A DNA stretch of 33,343 bases, from positions 1 to 33,343 of the IMG/VR virus record IMGVR_UViG_3300009161_000016; one strand, written 5' to 3'. The position numbers and the translations under genes were made by a program. Under the pieces are notes generated by a model. That model was not told the origin of the DNA, ran no database searches, and saw only the letters and a program-made list of their open reading frames with translations. The stretch is from a virus (Duplodnaviria; Caudoviricetes). Below, piece by piece: positions 15,011 to 24,603 of this stretch (position 1 is its first letter; each line of letters starts with the position of its first letter).

Positions 15011-16166
15011 AATTAGTTTAAAGAAACCGCACCCAGCACAAAAGCAAGTTCTTGATAGCGCTGCGCGTTTTCGCGTAATGATGTGCGGGCGTAGGTTTGG
15101 TAAAAGTTTAATTAGCCAAAACATATCCATTGAATGCGGACTAAGAAAGCAAAGCATTGCTTACATTACGCCAACGTACCAACTTGGTAAGATGTTCTTT
15201 AAAGAAATATGCAAGCTACTACCAGAAAAGATTTATAAGAAGAATGAAACCGATTTATTAATAGATTTTATTACCGGTGGATCAATACGCTTTTTTACCG
15301 GCGAACGTTTAGATGCCATGCGTGGTACCAAATTCCACCTAGTTATAATTGACGAAGCTAGTTACATACCCAACCTAGAAGAAGGTTGGAATAATTCAAT
15401 ACGTCCAACGCTTACCGATTACAAAGGCAAGGCAATATTTTTAAGCACACCACGTGGCAAGAACTATTTTTATAGCTTGTTTATGCGTGGTGGCGAGCCG
15501 GACTGGGAAGCGTTTAAATTTAGCACTTATGACAATCCGCACATTGACGCCTCGGAAATTGACGCGGCAAAGAGCCAACTTCCTTCCGTTGTATTTAGAC
15601 AAGAATATATGGCAGATCCTATGGAGAATGCGGCCAACCCATTTGGATCCGAATTTATACAAGCATGTACAAAGGCGTCAAGTGGGGTGGCTTCTTATTA
15701 CGGAATTGACTTGGCTAAGTCTGTGGACTGGACTGTCATTATTGGTTTAGACAAATTTGGTAACGTAGTACATTTTGACCGCTTCCAAAAAGACTGGATG
15801 CAAACCAAAGAAACTATTTTACGCCTACCTAAAAACTTACCTATCTTAATTGATAGCACTGGCGTAGGCGACGCCATTGTAGAGGAACTGCAAAAGAAGT
15901 TTAACAATATGACCGGCTTTAAATTTACTAGCGTAAGCAAGCAACAATTACTTGAGGGCCTATCTAACGCAATACAAACTAAAACAATAAGTTATCCGGA
16001 TGGATTTATAAAGCACGAACTTGAGGTTTTTGAATATACCTTTACACCAACCGGCGTAAGGTACTCGGCACCGCAAGGCTTCCACGACGATTGCGTCATT
16101 GCTTTGGCCCTAGCTAACAAATGTAAAAACGACAACAAGCTGGTAGGCAAGTACCACGTTATTTAA
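14979..16166 (+). CDS. terL: Terminase large subunit
   Basis: Walker A GRRFGKS, Walker B LVIIDE, STPRG, nuclease GIDLA and HDDCVIA. Start uncertain (TTG 14979 or ACG 15000). Confidence 0.95.
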   Translation: MIPLQSSTNLEISLKKPHPAQKQVLDSAARFRVMMCGRRFGKSLISQNISIECGLRKQSIAYITPTYQLGKMFFKEICKLLPEKIYKKNETDLLIDFITGGSIRFFTGERLDAMRGTKFHLVIIDEASYIPNLEEGWNNSIRPTLTDYKGKAIFLSTPRGKNYFYSLFMRGGEPDWEAFKFSTYDNPHIDASEIDAAKSQLPSVVFRQEYMADPMENAANPFGSEFIQACTKASSGVASYYGIDLAKSVDWTVIIGLDKFGNVVHFDRFQKDWMQTKETILRLPKNLPILIDSTGVGDAIVEELQKKFNNMTGFKFTSVSKQQLLEGLSNAIQTKTISYPDGFIKHELEVFEYTFTPTGVRYSAPQGFHDDCVIALALANKCKNDNKLVGKYHVI

Positions 16167-16185
16167 AAAATATACTTATAAACGT

Positions 16186-16824
16186 ATGAAGTTAACTATT
16201 GACAATTTTCAAAAGCTACATAGCATATCCAATTTAGACGAAAATGAATTGGATAAAACTAAGCGTATTATCCAGGTGTTACTTGGTAAAACCTTAGAAG
16301 AAATTGAACAAATGCCTTTAAAAAAGTTTAGTAAACTATGTGAGGATTTAAAAGGCTTGTTTGAACTTGAAGTCGATAAGGCAATGGCTACAAGTCCACA
16401 AAAACTTATTAAGGCTAACGGCAAATGGTACCGCTTAAACTTTGAAATTAAGAGGCCTTTTAATACCGGAAGGTATATTGAGGTTTTGACATTTAGTAAG
16501 ACCGAACCAGTTATGGGCATGCACAATATCTTAGCAAGTATATGCACACCTACTAAGTGGAGTTGGAAAAAATGGCACTTAGTAAACGAACCCTATGACG
16601 TACTAGACCACGAAAAGTATGCCGAAGACTTTAAGCAAGCAGATTTTAAACATGGTTACCATGCCATGGTTTTTTTTTGCACTCTCTTAGCCAGTTTAAT
16701 GACCAATACAAAGGGCTATTTGGAACCGCAGATAAAGAGTTGGATGACGAGCCAAAAACGAGTAAATCAGTTGAAGACGAGTTTCAAGACAATTTTGGGT
16801 GGGTTTACAACGCGAGCCAAGTAG
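16186..16824 (+). CDS. Tail assembly chaperone (gpG-like), zero-frame product
   Basis: Contains a T9 slippery run at VFF, with an overlapping -1 frame ORF downstream. Confidence 0.6.
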   Translation: MKLTIDNFQKLHSISNLDENELDKTKRIIQVLLGKTLEEIEQMPLKKFSKLCEDLKGLFELEVDKAMATSPQKLIKANGKWYRLNFEIKRPFNTGRYIEVLTFSKTEPVMGMHNILASICTPTKWSWKKWHLVNEPYDVLDHEKYAEDFKQADFKHGYHAMVFFCTLLASLMTNTKGYLEPQIKSWMTSQKRVNQLKTSFKTILGGFTTRAK

Positions 16825-16961
16825 CCGAGTTTGAAAGGGTAACATTAGACCAAGTCTATGAATTACCGGTAGTACAATTTTTAAACGATTTATCGTACTT
16901 AAAACAAAAAACGCAAGTAGATGAGTATCAACATAGGCAACGCACAAAAGAAAGCACTTAG
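16677..16961 (+). CDS. -1 frameshift extension of the tail assembly chaperone (gpT-like)
   Basis: Opens in the -1 frame at the T run 16670-16678; FGWVY...VYELPVVQFLNDLSYLK is a gpT-like helical tail. Confidence 0.6.
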   Translation: MHSLSQFNDQYKGLFGTADKELDDEPKTSKSVEDEFQDNFGWVYNASQVAEFERVTLDQVYELPVVQFLNDLSYLKQKTQVDEYQHRQRTKEST

Positions 16962-17577
16962 CGAAGGTTTCGACTTTGGTGGCGAGGACATAAGCCAATT
17001 TGGGGTAATAGGTAACGTGCTTGAGCAATATGGCAATTTATTCCTAGAAAATATTGACAAGTACGCCAAGCAAGAAGAAGTAACTGCAAGCGGTACATTG
17101 CTTAAAGAAATGGCCGCAGAAATACGCGATACGGGCAATTTAAAGACCTTTACGCTTAAGCTACTAGATTACTTTGATTACCCAAATGAGGGCGTTAAAG
17201 GGGTTGATAGTAGTAAGAACGCACCAGATTCGCCTTATCAGTACAAAAACTACGGCATGCCACCGGAGGCACTAGCATCGCTAAAAAAATATATACTTAG
17301 TGGAAAGGCTAAGATTGCTAGCGTAAAAAAGGACAAAGCGCTAGGCATTGGATCCGAAAAGAAAGGTTTAAAGCAAGGAAATAAAAAAACACCAATAGAA
17401 CGCCAAGTTAACACAATGGTTTACTTGATTAAAAAATATGGAATAAAAGCAACACATTACTTTGACTTAGCTTTTGAAGAAACGTTTTCGGACTTCGACG
17501 ACGTTATGACCGAAGCCCTAGGCGAAGACGTACAAATTACAATAGACTTAATGAGCAAAAAATATGGCAATAACTAA
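16921..17577 (+). CDS. Putative tail completion/neck protein (HK97 gp10-like)
   Basis: ASGTL...DYFDYPNEGVKG...KYGIKATHYF pattern; structural context. Confidence 0.5.
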   Translation: MSINIGNAQKKALSEGFDFGGEDISQFGVIGNVLEQYGNLFLENIDKYAKQEEVTASGTLLKEMAAEIRDTGNLKTFTLKLLDYFDYPNEGVKGVDSSKNAPDSPYQYKNYGMPPEALASLKKYILSGKAKIASVKKDKALGIGSEKKGLKQGNKKTPIERQVNTMVYLIKKYGIKATHYFDLAFEETFSDFDDVMTEALGEDVQITIDLMSKKYGNN

Positions 17578-18787
17578 CATAGCATATCCAAGCGGATCTC
17601 CTTCGGTACAAGATTCACTTTGGCATATCTTCAATACAAATGTAAGCGGACAAATAGACTATAAATATGTAGTAGATGTTTACACTAATGGAACGCAACA
17701 AATACGCGTAAAATTATATCCGGAGCCTAGCAATGGCCTTGGTTACTTTGACGCTGGGCCAGTAGTACGTAACACTATGACCTACGAATGGCTAACGCCT
17801 AAAGAGGAACTATTAGTAAGTGAGCCTAATGCAAGTGGTCAAATATCTCAGACGTACCAATATAGAATTGGCGAGGAATATAGCGGCGTAACTTACTTAA
17901 ACTTAGCAAGCGGAAATATTACGGCTTACAACTGGACTGCGCCTTTATTTAAACGTAAGGTAAGCGACATAAGCACTTATACAAATTTATTATTTACCAA
18001 TAGGCCTAAAAACATTGAGGCAAGCATTGGCGATAATATTTACATTCCAGCTAAGGACATTAATAGATTTTTAATTGCTACTTACAATTTACAAAATCAA
18101 TTAACAAATACTATTCTTTATAGTTTTGGTGCGGTTAAAAGTTTCGCTCAATTAAACATTGGATCCGTTGCTATAAATAAAATAGCTAGCATTATTGACG
18201 ATAGCACAAAGTACTACCAAATACCTATTGAAGAAAGTAAGTATTATAACCGAGTTTTAACGGATAGCGGTATAGTTGAGGGCTTAACTTGTTTAATGTC
18301 TAAGATTACTGCGCTAGGAAATACCAATACTTATCAAGTTGACTTAGTATGCAATCCAAAATATCAAAGTTACAATTTGCATTTTTTGAATAGTCTTGGC
18401 ATGTTTGACACCGCCAAGTTTGGTTTAGTTAGCCGTTTAAATATGGACGTTAACCGCAAAGGTTATGAAAAACGCGATTACTCATTAAACACGAGTTCGG
18501 TAACTTATTACGATGCCAATAATAAATACAATAGTTCTAAGGTTAATTACCTAAATCAGAATAACTTTACCTACAAATTAACTATGGATGCGCCAAACGA
18601 TGCCGAGTACGAATGGCTTGACGAGTTAATAAGTAGCCCACAAATTTACATGGAGGTTGATAGTTACTATTATCCAGTAAGTTTAAAGAATACGAATTAT
18701 GAATATAGTAAATATGTTAACAATAGAATGCGTGTACTAGAAGTAGAAGTAGAAATGAACCAAACACGTTATAGCCAATTAAGATAA
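17564..18787 (+). CDS. Virion tail/baseplate structural protein
   Basis: Beta-rich; FLNSLGMFD and WLDELISSPQIY motifs; lies in the tail module. Confidence 0.6.
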   Translation: MAITNIAYPSGSPSVQDSLWHIFNTNVSGQIDYKYVVDVYTNGTQQIRVKLYPEPSNGLGYFDAGPVVRNTMTYEWLTPKEELLVSEPNASGQISQTYQYRIGEEYSGVTYLNLASGNITAYNWTAPLFKRKVSDISTYTNLLFTNRPKNIEASIGDNIYIPAKDINRFLIATYNLQNQLTNTILYSFGAVKSFAQLNIGSVAINKIASIIDDSTKYYQIPIEESKYYNRVLTDSGIVEGLTCLMSKITALGNTNTYQVDLVCNPKYQSYNLHFLNSLGMFDTAKFGLVSRLNMDVNRKGYEKRDYSLNTSSVTYYDANNKYNSSKVNYLNQNNFTYKLTMDAPNDAEYEWLDELISSPQIYMEVDSYYYPVSLKNTNYEYSKYVNNRMRVLEVEVEMNQTRYSQLR

Positions 18788-18788
18788 T

Positions 18789-20861
18789 ATGACAAGGATA
18801 TTTTTAGAAGATTATGAACTAGACATTTCGCAAGGTTTAACGAATCAAATTACTTATGCCATTGACGATTTACGCAACCTAGATAGTAAAAGCACTGCAT
18901 TTACTAAAACTATTATTATTCCTGGTACTGCAAATAATAACATAATTTTTGGGAATATATTTGAATTTAATAATTCTAATTTTTATACCGAAAGTTCACA
19001 AAACGTTTTAAGCAATTTCAATGCAATGATTAACGCTTATGCGCGCATTGAAGTTAACGGATTGCAAATAATGAAAGGCCATTTACGCCTACTTGAAATT
19101 ATACGCGACGGAAATAGCGTAGAATACGAATGCGCTATTATTGGCGAACTTGGTAGCTTTATTAATACCTTAGGAAATTTAAGGCTTGAAGATTTAGACT
19201 TTAGTAATTATAATCACACTTATATACATGAAAACATTGAAGCAAGTTGGGAAGCAACCGGATCAAGAGGCACAAATAATAGTAGCGCTTATGGTACTGG
19301 ATATTTTTATCCATTAATTGACTACGGCCAAAATAGTACAAATAAAATAGACTTTAAAATTAATACTTTTAGACCTTCATTTTTTGTAAAGCAATACATT
19401 GATAAAATGTTTGAATATACGGATTATACCTACGATTCAACTTTTTTTAATACTAGCTTTTTTAAAAGTTTATTAATACCAAATAACCAAAAAGAATTTA
19501 GTAAGAAAAGTAATACGGCTTTTCAACGTACTTCGGTTGATGCCACTTACGACAATACCGATTTTGTAGAAGTAAAAATACCATTTGCTACAAGTGTTAC
19601 AAGTGGTAACTTTACTGCTAGCGGGGCAAATACTATTTTTACATATAATAGTTCAACAATACTTACTGGAAGTTTGAATGTTAGTTTAGGTGGTACTATT
19701 GTTTATCCCGTTGATGGTAGTGTAAATTTTAAAGTATTAAAAAATGGGGAAGTTATAGGTAGTCAATCTACTACACAAACTACATTTGATATTAGTATTG
19801 TAGTAGCTGAAGTTAGTTTTAATTTAAACGATACTTTACAAGTTGTATGGACTGGCCCAAAACGTACTCAATTAGGAGTTATAACTACATTAAGTTTATC
19901 TGGCACTAATTCAATAACTATTAATAGCGTTGGTTCTTATGTTACTTTTAATAGCGGGGATGTAATTAGCGTTAACGATACTATTCCAAAAGGTATATTT
20001 TTAAAAGATTTCTTTACCTCAATTATGAAGATGTTTAATTTACTTATTGTAGAGGATAAGTATAAGCGCAATCATTTAATAATTGAGCCTTATCAAAATT
20101 TTTATAGTGGTCTTATTTTGGATTGGTCTGATAAAATGGATCGTTCAAAGCCTATAAAAATAAAACCAATGAGCGAACTAAATGCTCGTTATTACAATTT
20201 AAAATATTCTGAAGACAATGATTTTTACAACGAGAACTATAAAAAAGTTTTTAATGAGGGCTATGCTGACCGCGTTTACGATACTGCTTATGAATTTAGT
20301 AAAGATACGGACAATGTTCAAGTAATTTTTGCACCAAGCGTAATGATAAAAGCAACCGGAACCGATAAGGTTTACCCAGCTATTTATAAATTAAGCAATA
20401 GCAATACAACCGAGGATAGAATGGATTCCAAGATTCGCATAGGAATGGTTAAAAAAATTACTGGCGTAGCTAACTGGCGTATAGAAAAGCAAGATGGATC
20501 CGGTAACTGGTCTGGCATATTAACTTCTTATGGTTATTTTGGACATGTTGATAACCCTACCACACCTACAATAGATATAAACTATGGCGCACCTTTAGAA
20601 ATATTTTTTACACCTACTAGCTTCCCTTCAAATAATTTATTTAATACTTACTATTCCGGTTACATGGATGAAATTACTAATAAAGATAGTAGGCTTTTAA
20701 CGGCTATGTTTAAACTAAACGAAATTGATATTTATAATCTAGATTTTAGTAAATACATTTTTATAGATGGTGGACTTTATAAAATATCAAAGGTAATAGA
20801 TTACGAAACCGGTGCAAATAATTTAACTAAAGTTGAATTATTACGCGTTATACTAACATAA
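18789..20861 (+). CDS. Tail tip/hub structural protein
   Basis: FTKTIIIPGT, GHLRLLEI, YPLIDYG, MFNL motifs with a Ser/Thr-rich central insert; precedes the tape measure gene. Confidence 0.65.
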   Translation: MTRIFLEDYELDISQGLTNQITYAIDDLRNLDSKSTAFTKTIIIPGTANNNIIFGNIFEFNNSNFYTESSQNVLSNFNAMINAYARIEVNGLQIMKGHLRLLEIIRDGNSVEYECAIIGELGSFINTLGNLRLEDLDFSNYNHTYIHENIEASWEATGSRGTNNSSAYGTGYFYPLIDYGQNSTNKIDFKINTFRPSFFVKQYIDKMFEYTDYTYDSTFFNTSFFKSLLIPNNQKEFSKKSNTAFQRTSVDATYDNTDFVEVKIPFATSVTSGNFTASGANTIFTYNSSTILTGSLNVSLGGTIVYPVDGSVNFKVLKNGEVIGSQSTTQTTFDISIVVAEVSFNLNDTLQVVWTGPKRTQLGVITTLSLSGTNSITINSVGSYVTFNSGDVISVNDTIPKGIFLKDFFTSIMKMFNLLIVEDKYKRNHLIIEPYQNFYSGLILDWSDKMDRSKPIKIKPMSELNARYYNLKYSEDNDFYNENYKKVFNEGYADRVYDTAYEFSKDTDNVQVIFAPSVMIKATGTDKVYPAIYKLSNSNTTEDRMDSKIRIGMVKKITGVANWRIEKQDGSGNWSGILTSYGYFGHVDNPTTPTIDINYGAPLEIFFTPTSFPSNNLFNTYYSGYMDEITNKDSRLLTAMFKLNEIDIYNLDFSKYIFIDGGLYKISKVIDYETGANNLTKVELLRVILT

Positions 20862-20903
20862 TAAAGCAAGTAGCAATAGATACTTGTTTAAAATAAATTA
20901 AAG

Positions 20904-22916
20904 ATGGCAAAAAAGACAAAAATAATAGGCGCCAAAATTGAGGTTGACACCTCGGGTGCCAGTAAATCGGTAGGGGAATTAGGTAAGGAATTAGGTAGCT
21001 TATCGCCAGCTGCAAAAAAGGCAAGCGAAGCCGCCGGACTATTTAACAACGCTTTAAACATAATTAGGGCCAACCCAATTATTGCGGTAGTTACTACGCT
21101 TGTCGGAGTTATTACGGCATTATTCCAACCATTTAAAAAGATGGAAGGTGTAAGCGATGCTTTAAATAAATCCTTTGGTATTTTAAGCGGAGTATTTAAC
21201 ATGTTTATAACTAAGATACTTACGCCATTAATTGACGGCTTTGTACAATTTACCGAAATAGTAAACAATGGTTTAATTGTTGCACTGGACGCGTTAGGAA
21301 TTTCTAGTAAATCAACTGCCACACGCTTTGGCGAAATTGCCGACGCCCTAGACGATTTAGATGATTCGCAACGTAAAGTAGCATTTTCAACCGCAGAGGC
21401 TAATAGACGCCTACAAGAAGCGCGTGAGGCAGCCGCAGATGCCAACCTTCCAATAATAGAAAGAATAGCCTATTTAAAAGAAGCTGCAAAAACTGAAAAA
21501 GAAGAAACCGAAAAAGTAATTGAAATAAATAAAAAACGCGCATCGCTAATGATGGAGCAACTTGCACTTGAAGTAGGCGCGCGTGAAAATGTTTTAAAGG
21601 TTATACGTAGTGGAACAATAGAAAATTTAAAAAAAGCATTTGCTGAGCTTCAAGGTTTAAAGCAAATAGATAAAGAAAAACTAAATGGTATTCAAGAATT
21701 AATTATTGAAACAGAGAATGCTGGTGCTAGTGCTGCAAAAATTTCTAAACGTACACAAGGGCAAATTACCTCTATTGAAAAAGAAGAAGCATCAAAAAGA
21801 AAACAAACCGCCGATGAGGCATTCCAAAATAAATTAAAAAATTTAGATTCCGATAATAAATTTAGTGAATCAAGATTAAAAAATTTAAAACAAGAACTAC
21901 TTGCATTTGCAACAAATGAGCAACAAAAACTAGATGTAGAAAAAACCTTTGCAGATAAAAGTTATCAAACAAAGGTAGCTGATATAGAAAAAAAGCAAGC
22001 ATTATACAAGTTAGATTCAGTTGAATATAAGAATCTTCAAATTGATTTAATTGACGCAGAAACCGAGTTTACCGCTAAAAAAATAGAACTAAGCGATAAG
22101 CAAGTAGCAATAGATAAAAAGAATAAAGAAGACCAACAAAAAGTAGTAGATGATAGATTTAAGTCGCAACAAGAATGGAACGCTTTTTATTTTAAGCAAC
22201 AACAAGAAATAAACGACCTAGAACAAAAAAGAATAGATACTGCCTTTGCTGCCAACATTGCAATAGGCGAAAGCTGGGTAAGTTTAGGAAATAACATTGC
22301 CGGAACTATTGGGAATTTATCACATGTACTTGGCGAAGGTAGCGATTTAGCTAAGGCTTTTGGAATTGCACAAGTAGCTATTGCAACCGCCGCTAGTATA
22401 GGATCAATTTTATTAAGTGGTAGGCAACAACAAGCCGAGTACAACAAAGCTATTGCCGCCGGTAACGCTACTATTGGCATAAGCATTGCAAATGCTTTTA
22501 TTCCAGGAATGCAAGGTGTAGCGGCTGCGCAATATGCGGCTGGTACTATTGCCGTTGCCGGTGCGGTAACTGCTAAAGGAATTTCAAAAAGAAATACTAT
22601 TATGCAAGTAGTTGGTGCCGGCGTTGCCGGTGCGGCACAAATTGCAGCAATTATTTCAGCCGGTAAAAGCAAAGCGGCGCCAGCTTCGGCTAGTTCAACC
22701 GGCGGTGGGGATGCTGCAATGAGTACACAAAGCGCACCAAGTATTGGTGCCACTGCAAGCGCACCATTATCGCCAACGCCTCAAACAACTACATTAAATC
22801 AAGCGCAAGTTAATCAAATGGGCAATCAAGCGCAAAGGGCTTATGTAGTAGAAAGCGACGTAAGTGGCAACCAAGAACGCATAACCCGTTTGAATCGTGC
22901 GGCCCGAATAAACTAA
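20904..22916 (+). CDS. Tape measure protein
   Basis: ANPIIAVV hydrophobic segment, long E/K/A coiled coil, Ala/Gly-rich C-terminus ending RAYVVESDV. Confidence 0.75.
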   Translation: MAKKTKIIGAKIEVDTSGASKSVGELGKELGSLSPAAKKASEAAGLFNNALNIIRANPIIAVVTTLVGVITALFQPFKKMEGVSDALNKSFGILSGVFNMFITKILTPLIDGFVQFTEIVNNGLIVALDALGISSKSTATRFGEIADALDDLDDSQRKVAFSTAEANRRLQEAREAAADANLPIIERIAYLKEAAKTEKEETEKVIEINKKRASLMMEQLALEVGARENVLKVIRSGTIENLKKAFAELQGLKQIDKEKLNGIQELIIETENAGASAAKISKRTQGQITSIEKEEASKRKQTADEAFQNKLKNLDSDNKFSESRLKNLKQELLAFATNEQQKLDVEKTFADKSYQTKVADIEKKQALYKLDSVEYKNLQIDLIDAETEFTAKKIELSDKQVAIDKKNKEDQQKVVDDRFKSQQEWNAFYFKQQQEINDLEQKRIDTAFAANIAIGESWVSLGNNIAGTIGNLSHVLGEGSDLAKAFGIAQVAIATAASIGSILLSGRQQQAEYNKAIAAGNATIGISIANAFIPGMQGVAAAQYAAGTIAVAGAVTAKGISKRNTIMQVVGAGVAGAAQIAAIISAGKSKAAPASASSTGGGDAAMSTQSAPSIGATASAPLSPTPQTTTLNQAQVNQMGNQAQRAYVVESDVSGNQERITRLNRAARIN

Positions 22917-22950
22917 AAGTACACAAAGCAATAATTTTATATTTATTTCT

Positions 22951-23973
22951 ATGGATTTACCTATTTACGAACTTAAGATACAAGAGGAACTAGACGACAA
23001 TGCCGAAGTAAGTTTTATTGCTTTGGTAGATAAGCCGGCCATAAAAAAGGATTTTATTGTATTTGCGCAAGATTTTGTTGAGCCTACCAGTGGCGAACAT
23101 AAAGATAAATTTTTACCACGTTGCATTAGCTATGTAGTAAACGAAGGCAAAGATAGCGAACAAGCCGTTGCAATTTGTAATAGCATTTGGGAGCAACACT
23201 TTGCCGGACTAAAAGTATCCTTTGATTATGATGATACCTTAAGCACTGCACGTGGTAAAGAACTAGCACAAAAAGAAATAGACGCAAATAATACCCTTTA
23301 CATAATTTCTGCAAGACAAGACAAAGAAGGCATGCTTACAACTGCTAAGGAACTAGGCATACCCGAAAGCCGAGTTTATGCAACCGGTAGTAATACGGCC
23401 AAGATTGAAAAAATAAAAGAACTAGCCATCAACAAGCACTACGACAATAACGCCGACGTAATTTCAAAGCTAGGTAGTGTGGGCCATAAATTTAACTTTA
23501 TGGGTTTCGCAATACAAAGCGAAGACAAGCACATTATAAGCGGCCCATTGATGCTAGCCGATACACCTATTTACCGCAACAATAGTAAATTTGGCGAACA
23601 CTATGTAAAGTTTAGTGCCGAAACTATTAAAGAAATTGCTATCAAGTTTAGCAAGAAAGGCTATCAACAAAACGTTAATTTAATGCACGATAGCCAAATG
23701 CAACTTGACGGCTTAGTAATGTTTGAAAGTTTTATTGTTGATAAAGAACGTGGCATTGCACCTATGGCGGGTTTTCAAGATGCCAAGGACGGATCATGGT
23801 TTGGAAGTTTTTATGTAGAAAACGACCAAGCGTGGAAATTAATAAAAGACGGCAAAGTAAAGGGATTCTCGGTTGAAGGTTTTTTTGACTATGCCTTACC
23901 CGAAAATAGAAAAATAAGCTATGCTGAACAAAAATTATCCGAGTTAGCAGATTTACTAAAAGTACCTATTTAA
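22951..23973 (+). CDS. Prohead maturation protease (XkdF-like) interrupted by a small helical module and a HAD-like domain
   Basis: IALVDKPAI...ISGPLMLADTPIYR...NLMH...GSWF...KGFSVEG; insert contains FDYDDTL, IISAR, HYDNN. Confidence 0.75.
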   Translation: MDLPIYELKIQEELDDNAEVSFIALVDKPAIKKDFIVFAQDFVEPTSGEHKDKFLPRCISYVVNEGKDSEQAVAICNSIWEQHFAGLKVSFDYDDTLSTARGKELAQKEIDANNTLYIISARQDKEGMLTTAKELGIPESRVYATGSNTAKIEKIKELAINKHYDNNADVISKLGSVGHKFNFMGFAIQSEDKHIISGPLMLADTPIYRNNSKFGEHYVKFSAETIKEIAIKFSKKGYQQNVNLMHDSQMQLDGLVMFESFIVDKERGIAPMAGFQDAKDGSWFGSFYVENDQAWKLIKDGKVKGFSVEGFFDYALPENRKISYAEQKLSELADLLKVPI

Positions 23974-23995
23974 TCAAAATAATATATATAGAAGT

Positions 23996-24586
23996 ATGAA
24001 AGACGCACAAACAATCTTAGAAAAAGTTCAACAATTTTTTGTTGAATTAGTAAAAGAAGATCAATCTTTTGCAGTGGCACCGGAAATGGCGCCCGTATCT
24101 GGTGTTCCAGAGATGGCCGTTAAAATGATGGACGCTAAACTAGCCGACGGCACAATGGTACAAGTTACCGAATTGGCAGTAGGTGGCGTAGTAACTATCG
24201 ATGGTATGCCAGCGCCAGTAGGCGAGCATAAATTAGAAGATGGTACAATTATCGTACTTGGCGACAATGGCGCTATTATGGAAATTAAGCCAGCTACTAC
24301 CGAAGAAGTTGCACCAGTAATGGAAGACATGAGCGCAAAGTTTGCGGCTTTTGAAAACGCAACAAACGAAAAGTTTGCAGCATACGAAACAAAGTTTGCA
24401 GCATACGAAACAAAATTAACGCAAGCAAACAAAGTAATTGAAGGCCTTATGCAAATTAGCAAAATGCTAGTTGAAGCGCCTCAAGGTACTCCGGATGCAA
24501 GCATAAAAACAAGCAATGCTTTTGCTGATCAAAAATTAGATGCAAAGGCCGAGTTTGAAAATTTCTCTAAATCAATTTGTTCATAA
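23996..24586 (+). CDS. Capsid scaffolding protein
   Basis: Acidic; LADGT and APVGEHKLEDG repeats plus coiled coil; between protease and capsid genes. Confidence 0.7.
   Translation: MKDAQTILEKVQQFFVELVKEDQSFAVAPEMAPVSGVPEMAVKMMDAKLADGTMVQVTELAVGGVVTIDGMPAPVGEHKLEDGTIIVLGDNGAIMEIKPATTEEVAPVMEDMSAKFAAFENATNEKFAAYETKFAAYETKLTQANKVIEGLMQISKMLVEAPQGTPDASIKTSNAFADQKLDAKAEFENFSKSICS
24370..24411 (+). repeat. 21-bp perfect tandem duplication (KFAAYET heptad) in the scaffold gene
   Basis: AAAGTTTGCAGCATACGAAAC x2, with a degenerate copy just upstream. Confidence 0.9.
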
Positions 24587-24603
24587 TTTAAAATTTAATA
24601 AAA

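Noticed and set aside
15454-15750. Alternative-frame ORF within terL
   Set aside because: No recognisable motif, unlike the overprinted methyltransferase chain; its length is compatible with chance.
20888-22753. Long antisense ORFs 20888-21445 and 22187-22753
   Set aside because: They are shadows of the Ala-rich tape measure gene, with no motifs or expression signals.
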